DNA of 64,000 nt from Bacteroidaceae bacterium (GCA_963615895.1 CAVEIE010000009.1:1455-65454); one strand, 5' to 3'; counted from the stretch's first letter, positions 1 through 8,393 are shown. Numbers and translations are program-made. Notes: generated by a model from the sequence alone, not told the origin.

Positions 1-909
1 TATCAATATACGCTCAATACGCATGAGATTCTGTCTGAATCTCTGTATTACTATCCTTCTTCGCGCCGTGCCAAAGTTTTTGAGCGCAAAGCCGGTGAGA
101 AGAAATACACTTTCGGCTCTAAACTGCTGTTGCGTCCTAAAGAGATAGCCGATAGTTTGCTCTACAACAATCTCTATCTCTCTCGTGCATCTGCTATGAA
201 TCGTGAGTTGGCAATCCAAGTCTATGATTTCTTCCTGCACGATTTTATGCTCGACCTCTTCCCAGCGCAAAACGACTATGTGCGGGCGGCTTTCATCAAC
301 TATAAACCACTCATCTTGAAAGCGTTGGCTATTTGTGATAGCGATATAAGCAATATCGAACTGCGCCTCAAAGATGTTCTTCAGCCCGTACAAGTCATGC
401 AACCCAATGGCGAACCTACTATCACCCTTTTGCCCACCAAGGAACCGGTCTTCAAGACCTACCACAAGCAAAACCCGAAGTTGCAATTCGATATGGAAAC
501 CGAGGAGTCCGAAGGCACCAAACGTTTGTTCCAAATTGTACTGCGTTTTATTGATATAATCCGCAATGGCAAATCGCTGATGCTTGACGAGTTCGACCGG
601 CAACTCCACGTCCGTCTTGCTGATTTTATCATCGATATGGTGCACGCCACTCCGCATTCGCAGATGCTCTTCACTTCCCATAATACCAACCTTATTGATA
701 TGAAGCGCTTCCGCAAAGACCAGATTCTCTTCGTCAATAAGCGCAAAGATGGCTCTACCGAGGTGTACTCGCTCTATGATTTCAAAGATTTCCGAGAAAA
801 CATGGATGCCGAGAAGGGCTATTTGCAAGGACGTTTCGATGCGGTACCTGCAATTTCTGCATCTACGGCTGTTCTCAAATCGTTTTTAGGGGAGGTGCAA
901 CATGAGTAA
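1..909 (+). CDS. ABC/AAA-type ATPase, C-terminal part (N-terminus outside the window); RloA/AbiLi-like partner of the next gene
   Basis: Frame 1 has no stop from nt 1, so the caller's TTG at 130 is not the real start. It has a Walker-B-like LMLDEFD and a downstream FTSHN signature typical of AAA_21/ABC-fold defence ATPases. It overlaps the next ORF by 8 nt. Confidence 0.65.
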   Translation, partial: YQYTLNTHEILSESLYYYPSSRRAKVFERKAGEKKYTFGSKLLLRPKEIADSLLYNNLYLSRASAMNRELAIQVYDFFLHDFMLDLFPAQNDYVRAAFINYKPLILKALAICDSDISNIELRLKDVLQPVQVMQPNGEPTITLLPTKEPVFKTYHKQNPKLQFDMETEESEGTKRLFQIVLRFIDIIRNGKSLMLDEFDRQLHVRLADFIIDMVHATPHSQMLFTSHNTNLIDMKRFRKDQILFVNKRKDGSTEVYSLYDFKDFRENMDAEKGYLQGRFDAVPAISASTAVLKSFLGEVQHE

Positions 910-1477
910 CCGGCGACGACAACAAGCGCCCTCTCGTAAGATGAAAGAGGTCTTCCTCATCTTTTGCGAGGGGCAAACCGAAGAAGCATATATTGATATG
1001 TTACGCCGCTACTTCCGTGCGCCCATACGTATTGTGTCTTCTGTCCAGGGTCAATCTGTCTCCAAACATCTGATTGACGAATACAAACGCTCTATGCAAC
1101 TCAGCCCTTCCGACCGTGTCTCCACGTTCTTGATGTACGATTTGGATGTTGCGGAACTCCTGCCACGTTTGCAAAAATGCGATGCCGAGTTGCTGGTGTC
1201 CAATCCCACTATTGAACTCTGGTTCCTTTTGCACTCTGCCGACCAGCGCGCGGCTATCGCGTCCAAGTACGTTACGCATGCCTTGCAGCAGTCTGCACCG
1301 GAATGGCGCAACTATCACAAAGGAATGTTCACCGACCGACAGACACGACTATTGCAAAACAATATGTCTGCTGCCGTCAAACGTGCTACGCTGCTCACCG
1401 ACCTCGCCAACCCGTCGTCGCGTATCTACCTGCTCGTCCAACGGTTGCAAGCGGAATCATGTAAACAAACTTCATAA
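902..1477 (+). CDS. RloB-like (Toprim-like) protein
   Basis: The N-terminal FLIFCEGQTEEAYI matches the CEGxxTE signature of RloB-domain proteins. It is translationally coupled to the upstream ATPase, as in AbiLi/AbiLii and RloA/RloB pairs. Confidence 0.6.
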   Translation: MSNRRRQQAPSRKMKEVFLIFCEGQTEEAYIDMLRRYFRAPIRIVSSVQGQSVSKHLIDEYKRSMQLSPSDRVSTFLMYDLDVAELLPRLQKCDAELLVSNPTIELWFLLHSADQRAAIASKYVTHALQQSAPEWRNYHKGMFTDRQTRLLQNNMSAAVKRATLLTDLANPSSRIYLLVQRLQAESCKQTS

Positions 1478-1560
1478 ACAAACCTTCGCTATGCCATTAC
1501 AACGTAAACCTGACTATACTAACCTTCCAACCTCACCGATGCTTAGGTCAATCGTCTCTG

Positions 1561-1645
1561 CGCCTATGATTGTCTGAACCCCTCGCAGCCACGCGCTGCC
1601 ATGAGGAACGTGTCCCGGGTGCACACGTTCGACCTTGCACCCCGA
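1561..1645 (+). repeat. Conserved structured element, copy A (candidate cis-regulatory or small RNA)
   Basis: It aligns with 2878-2962. Hairpin GCAGC/GCTGC lies at 1585-1599. Hairpin GAACGTGT/ACACGTTC lies at 1606-1613/1623-1630. Loop GGGTGC (1617-1622) is complementary to GCACCC (1637-1642). Confidence 0.45.
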
Positions 1646-1777
1646 AACAACAGTCTGTTGATTATTGAGGTATATATCACATACCAATAGTCATTGCTAT
1701 TAAACCTTTTTGAGGTGGCTATTGAAATACAATACGTTCATTTTCAGCAAACAACTATGATTATTTTTTTTGTTTTC

Positions 1778-2029
1778 AACCCTTCTCGGCTGGATATACA
1801 CAACCGATATTTTACTATGGCATACATAGTACCCATGACGCACTTCGACACAATAAGTGGGAAGTACGCAAAAACAGATAGAGTGTACACGCGTGTACGC
1901 AAGTTTGATAATCGTACAATAGGCGTTGCCTTGAAGAATCCTGTCACCAACGACCCTCCCACAGAAGGGCAACAAACAGCACAGCAAAAGTTTGTAACGG
2001 TGCAAAACAAAGTGAAGACCATTCTATCC
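1778..2029 (+). repeat. 252-nt direct repeat, copy A
   Basis: It differs from 3084-3335 at 4 positions by eye, all in the first ~75 nt. Identity ends abruptly at 2029/2030. Confidence 0.9.
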
Positions 2030-2065
2030 ACTGCAAGTTTTTGTACGATATTGTGCTATAATTAA
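1817..2065 (+). CDS. Small basic protein, paralog copy 1 with a replaced 3' end (possible pseudogene)
   Basis: The start MAYIVPMTHFDTISGKYAK is shared with the 3123 gene. The first 71 codons are near-identical to copy 2, followed by an unrelated 11-codon tail. Confidence 0.4.
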   Translation: MAYIVPMTHFDTISGKYAKTDRVYTRVRKFDNRTIGVALKNPVTNDPPTEGQQTAQQKFVTVQNKVKTILSTASFCTILCYN

Positions 2066-2324
2066 CAACAAATGACGACTAAAAAGATGCAGTTATGTAT
2101 ACCTACAGCCATTTTAGCGATGCCCCTATGCATTCTCTCACTTTCGATCGAATAGATGCCGTTCCGTCGGCTTTAGTGCCTTTCCACGAAGCTATTCCCT
2201 CTATGCCTACTGCGTTCCGCGCAGTAGCCCACTTCTTTGTTGCCAATAGTATGTTCTTGCTACCTCCCGAATCCAATGCAAGACGGATAGTTGGCAAACT
2301 ATCATCCAATTTGATTAATCTTTA

Positions 2325-2714
2325 ATGTATAGAATTATGAATAACGAAAATCAACAGGCATTGGATAATGCCAACGACCCGGTTATAGGTCGCGACTTAT
2401 TGGGCAATCCCTTCAATAAGAAGTACCCGCCCGACACCGTCAAGTACGGAACCAACTATGATGGCTATCCCTCGTACAATCGTGAGGCCTTTTTTCTCGA
2501 TTTTGCTATTGAGGGGTACGATGTCTTGTTTGCCTACAATGGCAAGAACTATCTTGTTCAGCGTTGGGCAGAGGGGGCAGTACAACTCGACCCTGTTTCG
2601 CACCAACTCATTCGCCTTTTCGACAATGCCAATGTCTTAGTAGAGCAACTCGATGTTGAGGGCGCAAAACTGATCGACCGTATCGACCAAATTCAAATTA
2701 TAGAATTATTGTAA
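2325..2714 (+). CDS. Hypothetical 129-aa protein (unique insert between the two repeat copies)
   Basis: Clean ORF with ordinary composition and no motif I recognise. An alternative start is the second ATG at 2334 (MNNENQQ). Confidence 0.45.
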   Translation: MYRIMNNENQQALDNANDPVIGRDLLGNPFNKKYPPDTVKYGTNYDGYPSYNREAFFLDFAIEGYDVLFAYNGKNYLVQRWAEGAVQLDPVSHQLIRLFDNANVLVEQLDVEGAKLIDRIDQIQIIELL

Positions 2715-2877
2715 TCGCCACACTATCATTTGTGGAAAGATGGTCGCCAACTTCCGGACGCTTATCCTCTTACTCCCGAAATGCGTCACCTTTTGGACTA
2801 TGTGCGCAATGTCGGAGAATAATTTGACTATCCACCTTAACTATGCAAAATACACCCACCTGTAAAAACCCATTTCC

Positions 2878-2962
2878 CGCCTATGATTGTCTAATCGCCC
2901 TCGCAGTCACGCGCTGCCTATAGGGAACATGCCGGGGTGCGCATGTTCGACCTCGCCCCCAA
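2878..2962 (+). repeat. Conserved structured element, copy B
   Basis: Hairpin GAACATGC/GCATGTTC (2925-2932/2941-2948) keeps pairing through two compensatory changes relative to copy A. Hairpin GCAGT/GCTGC (2903-2917) keeps pairing only through a G-U pair on the + strand. Confidence 0.45.
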
Positions 2963-3083
2963 ACACTTTTTTTATACTGGTCTGTTGTCAATAAGGTATT
3001 TATACAATAAGGCACTTGTTGCCAAAAACCTAAACACATAAGTATGAAAATCTTTGTTTTCAACGACCTTAACTAAATCTTAT

Positions 3084-3335
3084 AACCCTTCTCGGCTGGA
3101 TATACACAACCGATATTTTACTATGGCACACATAGTACCTATGACGCACTTCGATACGATAAGTGGGAAGTACGCAAAAACAGATAGAGTGTACACGCGT
3201 GTACGCAAGTTTGATAATCGTACAATAGGCGTTGCCTTGAAGAATCCTGTCACCAACGACCCTCCCACAGAAGGGCAACAAACAGCACAGCAAAAGTTTG
3301 TAACGGTGCAAAACAAAGTGAAGACCATTCTATCC
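3084..3335 (+). repeat. 252-nt direct repeat, copy B
   Basis: Near-identical to 1778-2029. Confidence 0.9.
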
Positions 3336-3437
3336 GATGCTTCACAAAGAGCAGAATATGTGCTTAAATGGAAAAACCAAACCAAGTGCAAAACGCTGCG
3401 GGGCTTTGTATTCTCACAAGAATACAATAAACCTTAA
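3123..3437 (+). CDS. Small basic protein (104 aa), intact paralog
   Basis: ATG at 3123 (MAHIVPMTHFDTISGKYAK...). It is homologous along its full length to the 3517 gene, sharing SGK, NP, TE..Q...F, L.D.SQ and TLR.FV positions. Confidence 0.55.
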   Translation: MAHIVPMTHFDTISGKYAKTDRVYTRVRKFDNRTIGVALKNPVTNDPPTEGQQTAQQKFVTVQNKVKTILSDASQRAEYVLKWKNQTKCKTLRGFVFSQEYNKP

Positions 3438-3516
3438 TCTATAACCGGGTTCGGAGGTGTATGCGCTGCCAAAAGCAACGCATACACCCACTAACCCAAA
3501 ACAAATAATAAACCAC

Positions 3517-3852
3517 ATGGCTCAAGTAACATACATCGACCCTATTGCCACACTGAGCGGCAAGATAGTCAAACGGCACAAAACCATCTATTTGGTGAGG
3601 CAGGCAGCAACGGCCAACCCTGTAATGTTGGAGAACCCCTGTTTCACCACCTCACTCAGCAAACGCCGCACAGAACTCACCGAAGCCGAGCAGGAGCATC
3701 GCACACATTTCGGTGCTGTCTGCAAGGCAACCGCTGCCCGCCTGCAAGACCCCTCGCAGTCCCGTACCGACGCAATAGCCTTCAAGGCGCAGCAAGAGTA
3801 TACCACCCTCCGACAGTTTGTCTGGCACCAAGTCGAGAAAGACATCTCTTGA
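3517..3852 (+). CDS. Small basic protein (111 aa), divergent paralog
   Basis: MAQVTYIDPIATLSGKIVK... aligns with the 3123 protein at the conserved positions. It lies in tandem on the same strand. Confidence 0.55.
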   Translation: MAQVTYIDPIATLSGKIVKRHKTIYLVRQAATANPVMLENPCFTTSLSKRRTELTEAEQEHRTHFGAVCKATAARLQDPSQSRTDAIAFKAQQEYTTLRQFVWHQVEKDIS

Positions 3853-3927
3853 CAACTTGCCCGACACCTCCCCGTCGAAGGTCTGCATATACAAGTCTGT
3901 TTATACAAATTGTGTAACATCTCTTTT

Positions 3928-3965
3928 GCGCCCCAAAGCCCCACGCTTTGGGGCGCATTTCTTTC
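3928..3965 (+). terminator. Rho-independent terminator
   Basis: GCGCCCCAAAG / CTTTGGGGCGC is an 11-bp stem (3928-3956), followed by ATTTCTTTC. Confidence 0.7.
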
Positions 3966-4062
3966 TATGCCACACGGGGATGCCGATGCAATTTTCAATG
4001 CCATTTAGCACGAATCTGCTTCTCCAACTTTCAAACAGATTGCAGTATTAAGAAAAATGTTA

Positions 4063-4070
4063 TACCTTTG
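4063..4070 (+). promoter_or_regulatory. Bacteroidetes -7 promoter box (TACCTTTG)
   Basis: It matches TAnnTTTG and lies 55 nt upstream of tRNA-Arg. Confidence 0.45.
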
Positions 4071-4124
4071 CAGCCGGTTTCGGGGTATTGCCTGCGCCAC
4101 TCGTAGCAACCACTCCAACCGATT

Positions 4125-4198
4125 GGCCCCGTAGCTTAGTTGAATAGAGTGTCAGATTCCGGTTCTGAAGGTCCTGGGTTTGAGTCCCAGCGGGGTCA
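4125..4198 (+). tRNA. tRNA-Arg (anticodon CCG)
   Basis: Acceptor GGCCCCG/CGGGGTC, anticodon arm TCAGA-TTCCGGT-TCTGA, and T-arm CTGGG-TTTGAGT-CCCAG. Confidence 0.9.
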
Positions 4199-4323
4199 CA
4201 ACTAAACAATACCAAGTAACTACATATCAGTTACTTGGTATTCTTTTGTCCCTCATTCTGACGGCATTTTGACGGTAGAATGTCCATTTATCCAACCCAC
4301 AGACTTGAGAACTATACAAAAAA

Positions 4324-4354
4324 GAAAGCGGTTGCCTATTAAAGGCAACCGCTT
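4324..4354. terminator. Hairpin terminator downstream of tRNA-Asn
   Basis: AAAGCGGTTGCC / GGCAACCGCTTT is a 12-bp stem flanked by A/T runs on both sides. Confidence 0.65.
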
Positions 4355-4356
4355 TT

Positions 4357-4430
4357 GCGCTCCCTCAAGGACTTGAACCTTGGACCCCCTGATTAACAGT
4401 CAGATGCTCTAACCGACTGAGCTAAGGAAG
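4357..4430 (-). tRNA. tRNA-Asn (anticodon GTT)
   Basis: The reverse complement reads GCTTCCTTAGCTCAGTCGGTTAGAGC...CTGACTGTTAATCAG...GGTTCAAGTCC...AGGGAGCG. The anticodon loop is CTGTTAA. Confidence 0.9.
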
Positions 4431-4515
4431 CATCGCAAACCACTTAATAGAATGAGAGATTGTGTCCCCTCGAAATTTGCGTTGCAAAGGTAGAGGTTTT
4501 TCACAAAAAAAACAA

Positions 4516-4523
4516 TATCTTTG
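4516..4523 (+). promoter_or_regulatory. -7 promoter box (TATCTTTG)
   Basis: TAnnTTTG lies 23 nt upstream of the ATG at 4546. Confidence 0.5.
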
Positions 4524-4545
4524 CAAAAAAAATAGCACTATTTTT

Positions 4546-5544
4546 ATGAAGAAAGTAATTGGATTAGGTAATGCGCTGACTGATATACTCTTACAAGTTG
4601 CAGACAACGATGTATCTGCCTTAAATTTACCTAAAGGAAGCATGAACCTAATCAATTTCGACACTGCAATGGCGGTTCAGCGTCGTTTCGAGCGGGTAAG
4701 AAAGACGATGGTGGCTGGAGGCAGTGCCTCTAACACAATCAATGCTCTTGCCTTGTTGGGTAGTAAAGCCGCCTTTATAGGTAAGTTGGGCAATGATGAA
4801 GTAGGCGAATTTTATCGGAACGACATGCTTCGGAATGGTGTCAAACCTATGTTACTTCCTTCTGCGTTGATGTCGGGTTATTGCACCGTACTCATTACTC
4901 CCGATGGAGAGCGTACTTTCTGCACTTATCTGGGTGCGTCATCTGATTTGGTGGCGGAAGATATTCACAAGGAGGCTTTCCATGGTTACGATATATTCCA
5001 TATCGAAGGGTATATGGTGCAGAACCATGCCTTGATAGAGAAAGCCATTACCTTGGCTAAAGAAGCGGGGCTAATCGTGTCGATTGACCTTGCAAGTTAC
5101 AATGTGGTGAATGAGAACCACGATTTCTTGGAGTCGCTGATTCGGCGCTATGTGGATATTGTTTTTGCCAATGAAGACGAGAGTTTTGCATACACTCATC
5201 TTGCGCCTGAATTGGCAGTGGAAGCAATCTCCAAGCAATGTGAAATAGCCGTAGTAAAGGTGGGCAAGCGTGGCTCCTATGTGCAATGTGGCGAGGAGAT
5301 GTATCATATTGGTGCTGTCGCTTCCCGTTGCTTGGATTCTACCGGCGCCGGCGATTTTTATGCTGCCGGTTTTCTGTTGGGCTTGTCCGATGGCTTTGAT
5401 ATTCGTCGTTGTGCTGAGATTGGCACTTTGGCAGCAGGTCGGGTGGTAGAGGTAGTAGGTACAAAACTGCCAGAAGAGACTTGGGAAGAAATCAGGCGTT
5501 TATGTGCGTTATACCGTGGTTTTATGACCCATAGTAGTCGATAA
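4546..5544 (+). CDS. PfkB-family carbohydrate/nucleoside kinase (adenosine-kinase-like)
   Basis: The start MKKVIGLGNALTDIL was chosen downstream of the promoter box. It has the GGSASNT motif and the DSTGAGDFYAAGF (DTxGAGD) motif. Confidence 0.85.
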   Translation: MKKVIGLGNALTDILLQVADNDVSALNLPKGSMNLINFDTAMAVQRRFERVRKTMVAGGSASNTINALALLGSKAAFIGKLGNDEVGEFYRNDMLRNGVKPMLLPSALMSGYCTVLITPDGERTFCTYLGASSDLVAEDIHKEAFHGYDIFHIEGYMVQNHALIEKAITLAKEAGLIVSIDLASYNVVNENHDFLESLIRRYVDIVFANEDESFAYTHLAPELAVEAISKQCEIAVVKVGKRGSYVQCGEEMYHIGAVASRCLDSTGAGDFYAAGFLLGLSDGFDIRRCAEIGTLAAGRVVEVVGTKLPEETWEEIRRLCALYRGFMTHSSR

Positions 5545-5552
5545 AAACAGGA

Positions 5553-6278
5553 ATGTTTATGATACAGTTTTTTTACATCATATATCAGTATCTGATTGCC
5601 TTACCAATATTTCTTGTACTAACGACCTTTACTGCTCTTGTTACCATTGTATCGATACCCTGGCGAAATGCCGAGTGGTTACACAAGGTGCAGCAATTTT
5701 GGGCGCGTAGTTTTTGTTGGTTGCTGTTCCTTCCGGTTAAGGTGGAAGGGGTGGAGAATATTCGTCCGAATACCTCGTATGTTTTCGTGAGCAATCATCA
5801 GAGTATGGTCGATGTGTTTTTAATCTATGGTTGGTTGCCCGTTATCTTCAAGTGGATTATGAAGAAAGAGTTGCGCAAAGTACCCTTGGTAGGTGCTGCA
5901 TGCAAGGCTGCAGGGCATATCTATATTGACCGAAGGAACAAAATGGCATCGCAGAAGAGCATAGCAGAGGCGGAACATATTGTGAAGGATGGTGTTTGCG
6001 TGGTTATCTTTCCTGAGGGGACGCGTACTTCTACCGGCGAAGTGGGGAGGTTCAAGCGTGGTGCCTTCTCTATTGCAACCGACTTGCACCTGCCTATTGT
6101 GCCTATTTCTCTGTCGGGGTGCTACGATGTAATGCCGCGTACCCGCTTTTATGCCAAACGCCGACCTGTTAAAATGACTATAGGCAAGCCTATTGATACA
6201 TCGGCTTATTCAGAAGAGGAAAGAAATGCGTTGATAGAAGATGTTCGGCAAATCGTTGTTAACTCAATAGAAAGATGA
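5553..6278 (+). CDS. plsC: 1-acyl-sn-glycerol-3-phosphate acyltransferase
   Basis: It has the NHQSMVDV (HX4D) and FPEGTRT motifs and an N-terminal TM segment. Confidence 0.85.
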   Translation: MFMIQFFYIIYQYLIALPIFLVLTTFTALVTIVSIPWRNAEWLHKVQQFWARSFCWLLFLPVKVEGVENIRPNTSYVFVSNHQSMVDVFLIYGWLPVIFKWIMKKELRKVPLVGAACKAAGHIYIDRRNKMASQKSIAEAEHIVKDGVCVVIFPEGTRTSTGEVGRFKRGAFSIATDLHLPIVPISLSGCYDVMPRTRFYAKRRPVKMTIGKPIDTSAYSEEERNALIEDVRQIVVNSIER

Positions 6279-6973
6279 AAGTAGTTGTATTCACCGGGGC
6301 AGGTATATCGGCTGAAAGTGGTTTAAGCACTTTCCGTGACTCGGATGGTCTTTGGGAGAACTACCGAGTTGAAGATGTCTGTACTCATGCGGCCATAGAG
6401 CGTAACCGAGAGTTGGTTGTCCGCTTCTACAATGAGCGCAGGCGTGCTGCTATGGCGGCGCAACCTAATGCAGCGCATAAGGCTATTGCGGCACTGGAAA
6501 AGTATTTCGATGTAGAAGTTATCACACAGAATGTAGATGACTTGCACGAGCGTGCAGGCAGCAGTTGTGTGACGCACCTGCACGGTGAGTTGATGAAACT
6601 GCGCAGTTCCATTGACGAGACAGCCACCGTTCCTATCTCGCAGTGGGAACAACCCTTGGATGCTCGTCACGCCGACGGCAGTTTGTTGAGACCTTATATT
6701 GTGTTCTTTGGAGAGGGGGTACCCAATTTTCCTGTTGCTGTGAAGAAAGTGATGGACGCCGATATTTTCATTGTGGTGGGTACTTCGTTGGCGGTTTATC
6801 CTGCAGCATCGCTTCTGGAATATGTCCGAGAGAATGTGCCTGTTTATATTGTGGACCCCAATGAACCGAATAATGTGTCTTGCAGCAAGGTGGTGCATAT
6901 ACAGGAGAAAGCAAGTATCGGCGTGCCTATGCTGTGCAAGCAACTGACAGGGCACGACCTTACCAAAGACTAA
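6275..6973 (+). CDS. cobB: NAD-dependent protein deacylase (Sir2 family)
   Basis: It has the GAGISAESGLSTFRDSDGLWE, QNVDDLHERAG and HG motifs. It overlaps plsC by 4 nt. Confidence 0.85.
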   Translation: MKVVVFTGAGISAESGLSTFRDSDGLWENYRVEDVCTHAAIERNRELVVRFYNERRRAAMAAQPNAAHKAIAALEKYFDVEVITQNVDDLHERAGSSCVTHLHGELMKLRSSIDETATVPISQWEQPLDARHADGSLLRPYIVFFGEGVPNFPVAVKKVMDADIFIVVGTSLAVYPAASLLEYVRENVPVYIVDPNEPNNVSCSKVVHIQEKASIGVPMLCKQLTGHDLTKD

Positions 6974-7012
6974 CGGACAATATATTGAGTTGCTTATAGA
7001 TAGATAAGAAAA

Positions 7013-7046
7013 AGGCTATTCAACGGATGTTGAACAGCCTTTTTTG
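7013..7046. terminator. Bidirectional hairpin terminator
   Basis: AGGCTATTCAAC / GTTGAACAGCCT form a stem with one mismatch, followed by TTTTTT. It lies between convergent cobB and the tRNA cluster. Confidence 0.65.
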
Positions 7047-7048
7047 TT

Positions 7049-7135
7049 TGGTGCGCAGGATGAGACTCGAACTCACACGATCTTGCGACCACTACCCCCT
7101 CAAAGTAGCGTGTATACCAATTTCACCACCTGCGC
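7049..7135 (-). tRNA. tRNA-Leu (anticodon GAG), long variable arm, CCA encoded
   Basis: The reverse complement reads GCGCAGGTGGTGAAATTGGTATAC...CTACT-TTGAGGG-GGTAG...GGTTCGAGTC...CCTGCGCACCA. Confidence 0.9.
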
Positions 7136-7247
7136 ATTGTCGGAGTTTGCTTCGCTACAGAACTTCATATTGTGAATACCGTGTGCGTCGTACTCCGCTT
7201 CCAATAGGAACTTTCGTTCCCCCATTGTTAAAGAACCCTTCTTCAGG

Positions 7248-7329
7248 TGCCCGAAACAGGACTCGAACCTGCACGTCTCTCAACACTCGCACCTGAAACG
7301 AGCGCGTCTACCAATTCCGCCATTCGGGC
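7248..7329 (-). tRNA. tRNA-Leu (anticodon CAG), long variable arm
   Basis: The reverse complement reads GCCCGAATGGCGGAATTGGTAGAC...CTCGT-TTCAGGT-GCGAG...GGTTCGAGTCC...TTCGGGCA. Confidence 0.9.
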
Positions 7330-7343
7330 AAAATGCCTTTCTG

Positions 7344-7369
7344 AAAAAAACGCAGAACCTTTGTTCTGC
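7344..7369 (-). terminator. Hairpin plus T-run between tRNA-Gly and tRNA-Leu
   Basis: On the minus strand the GCAGAAC/GTTCTGC stem is followed by GTTTTTTT. Confidence 0.45.
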
Positions 7370-7381
7370 TCTCTTGGCTTG

Positions 7382-7454
<73 letters not shown>

Positions 7455-7520
7455 AATCTATTCGAAAGATACCTGTCTTCTGCGCAACACCTTGCAGAGA
7501 GCATCTTTGAAAAGCGGTTG

Positions 7521-7528
7521 CAAAGATA
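7521..7528 (-). promoter_or_regulatory. -7 promoter box (TATCTTTG on the minus strand) for the tRNA cluster
   Basis: CAAAGATA on the + strand lies ~65 nt upstream of the tRNA-Gly 5' end. Confidence 0.45.
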
Positions 7529-7612
7529 CGACATTTTTCTCTATCTCCAAACCGTTTTGCCAAAAAAAGTAGTAAAAAGTTTCACAATGCAGCAGAATTG
7601 TCGTGTTTTGCG

Positions 7613-7620
7613 TACCTTTG
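7613..7620 (+). promoter_or_regulatory. -7 promoter box (TACCTTTG)
   Basis: It lies 21 nt upstream of the ATG at 7641. Confidence 0.5.
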
Positions 7621-7640
7621 CAGTAGATTACAGGTAGTGT

Positions 7641-8393
7641 ATGGAACGAAGTAAAGAAGAAATAGCACTCATCAAACAGCGGATCAAGTTGACCCGCTTG
7701 TTTCACAAGGCTTGCTCGGAGTATGGATTGATAGAGGAAGGAGACAGGATATTGGTGGGTCTGTCGGGCGGGAAAGACTCGTTGGCGTTGGTAGAGTTGC
7801 TGGGCGAGCGTTCAAAGATATATGTTCCCCGCTTCAAGGTATATGCAGTGCATATATCGGTGGAGAACATAGGCTATGAGTCGGATATAGATTATTTGCG
7901 GAAGTTTTGTAGTGCGTACGATGTAGAATTTTTGCACCATAGTACCCGTTTTGACGAGCGAGCAGGAAACAAGAAATCGCATTGCTTTCTGTGTTCTTGG
8001 TACAGGCGCAAAGCCTTGTTTGAGGTTGCACAGGAATTGGGTTGCGGAAAGATTGCCTTAGGTCATCATCAGGACGATATTATAGAGACCCTGTTGATGA
8101 ACCTTATATTTCAGGGCAGTTTCTCTACTATAGCCCCTAATTTGCAGATGGACAAGTTTCCTATCCGCATGATACGCCCCTTGTGTTTGATGGAAGAAAA
8201 AGAGATTGCCCGATATGCCGAGATGCGTGGTTATCATAAGCAAGTGAAGTTATGCCCATTTGAAAAGGAGAGTTCAAGGAGCGAGGTGAAAGAGTTGGTG
8301 AATACATTAGAGAAGTTCAACCCTCATGTACGCGATAGTATATGGGGGGCGATGAGTAATATAAAAGAGGGTTATCTACCCATTAAAGTATAA
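7641..8393 (+). CDS. ttcA: PP-loop ATPase, tRNA 2-thiocytidine biosynthesis TtcA-like
   Basis: It has the SGGKDS PP-loop and the CFLCSWYRR Cys motif. Confidence 0.8.
   Translation: MERSKEEIALIKQRIKLTRLFHKACSEYGLIEEGDRILVGLSGGKDSLALVELLGERSKIYVPRFKVYAVHISVENIGYESDIDYLRKFCSAYDVEFLHHSTRFDERAGNKKSHCFLCSWYRRKALFEVAQELGCGKIALGHHQDDIIETLLMNLIFQGSFSTIAPNLQMDKFPIRMIRPLCLMEEKEIARYAEMRGYHKQVKLCPFEKESSRSEVKELVNTLEKFNPHVRDSIWGAMSNIKEGYLPIKV

Noticed and set aside
2095-2325. ORFs on both strands (76 aa on +, 68 aa on -) in the unique insert upstream of the 129-aa gene.
   Set aside because: Neither has a recognisable motif or a clear start context. This may be a gene remnant, but I cannot support a call.
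6323-6955. A 210-aa minus-strand ORF antisense to cobB.
   Set aside because: The + strand frame carries unambiguous Sir2 motifs, and the antisense product is His/Arg/Cys-rich noise.
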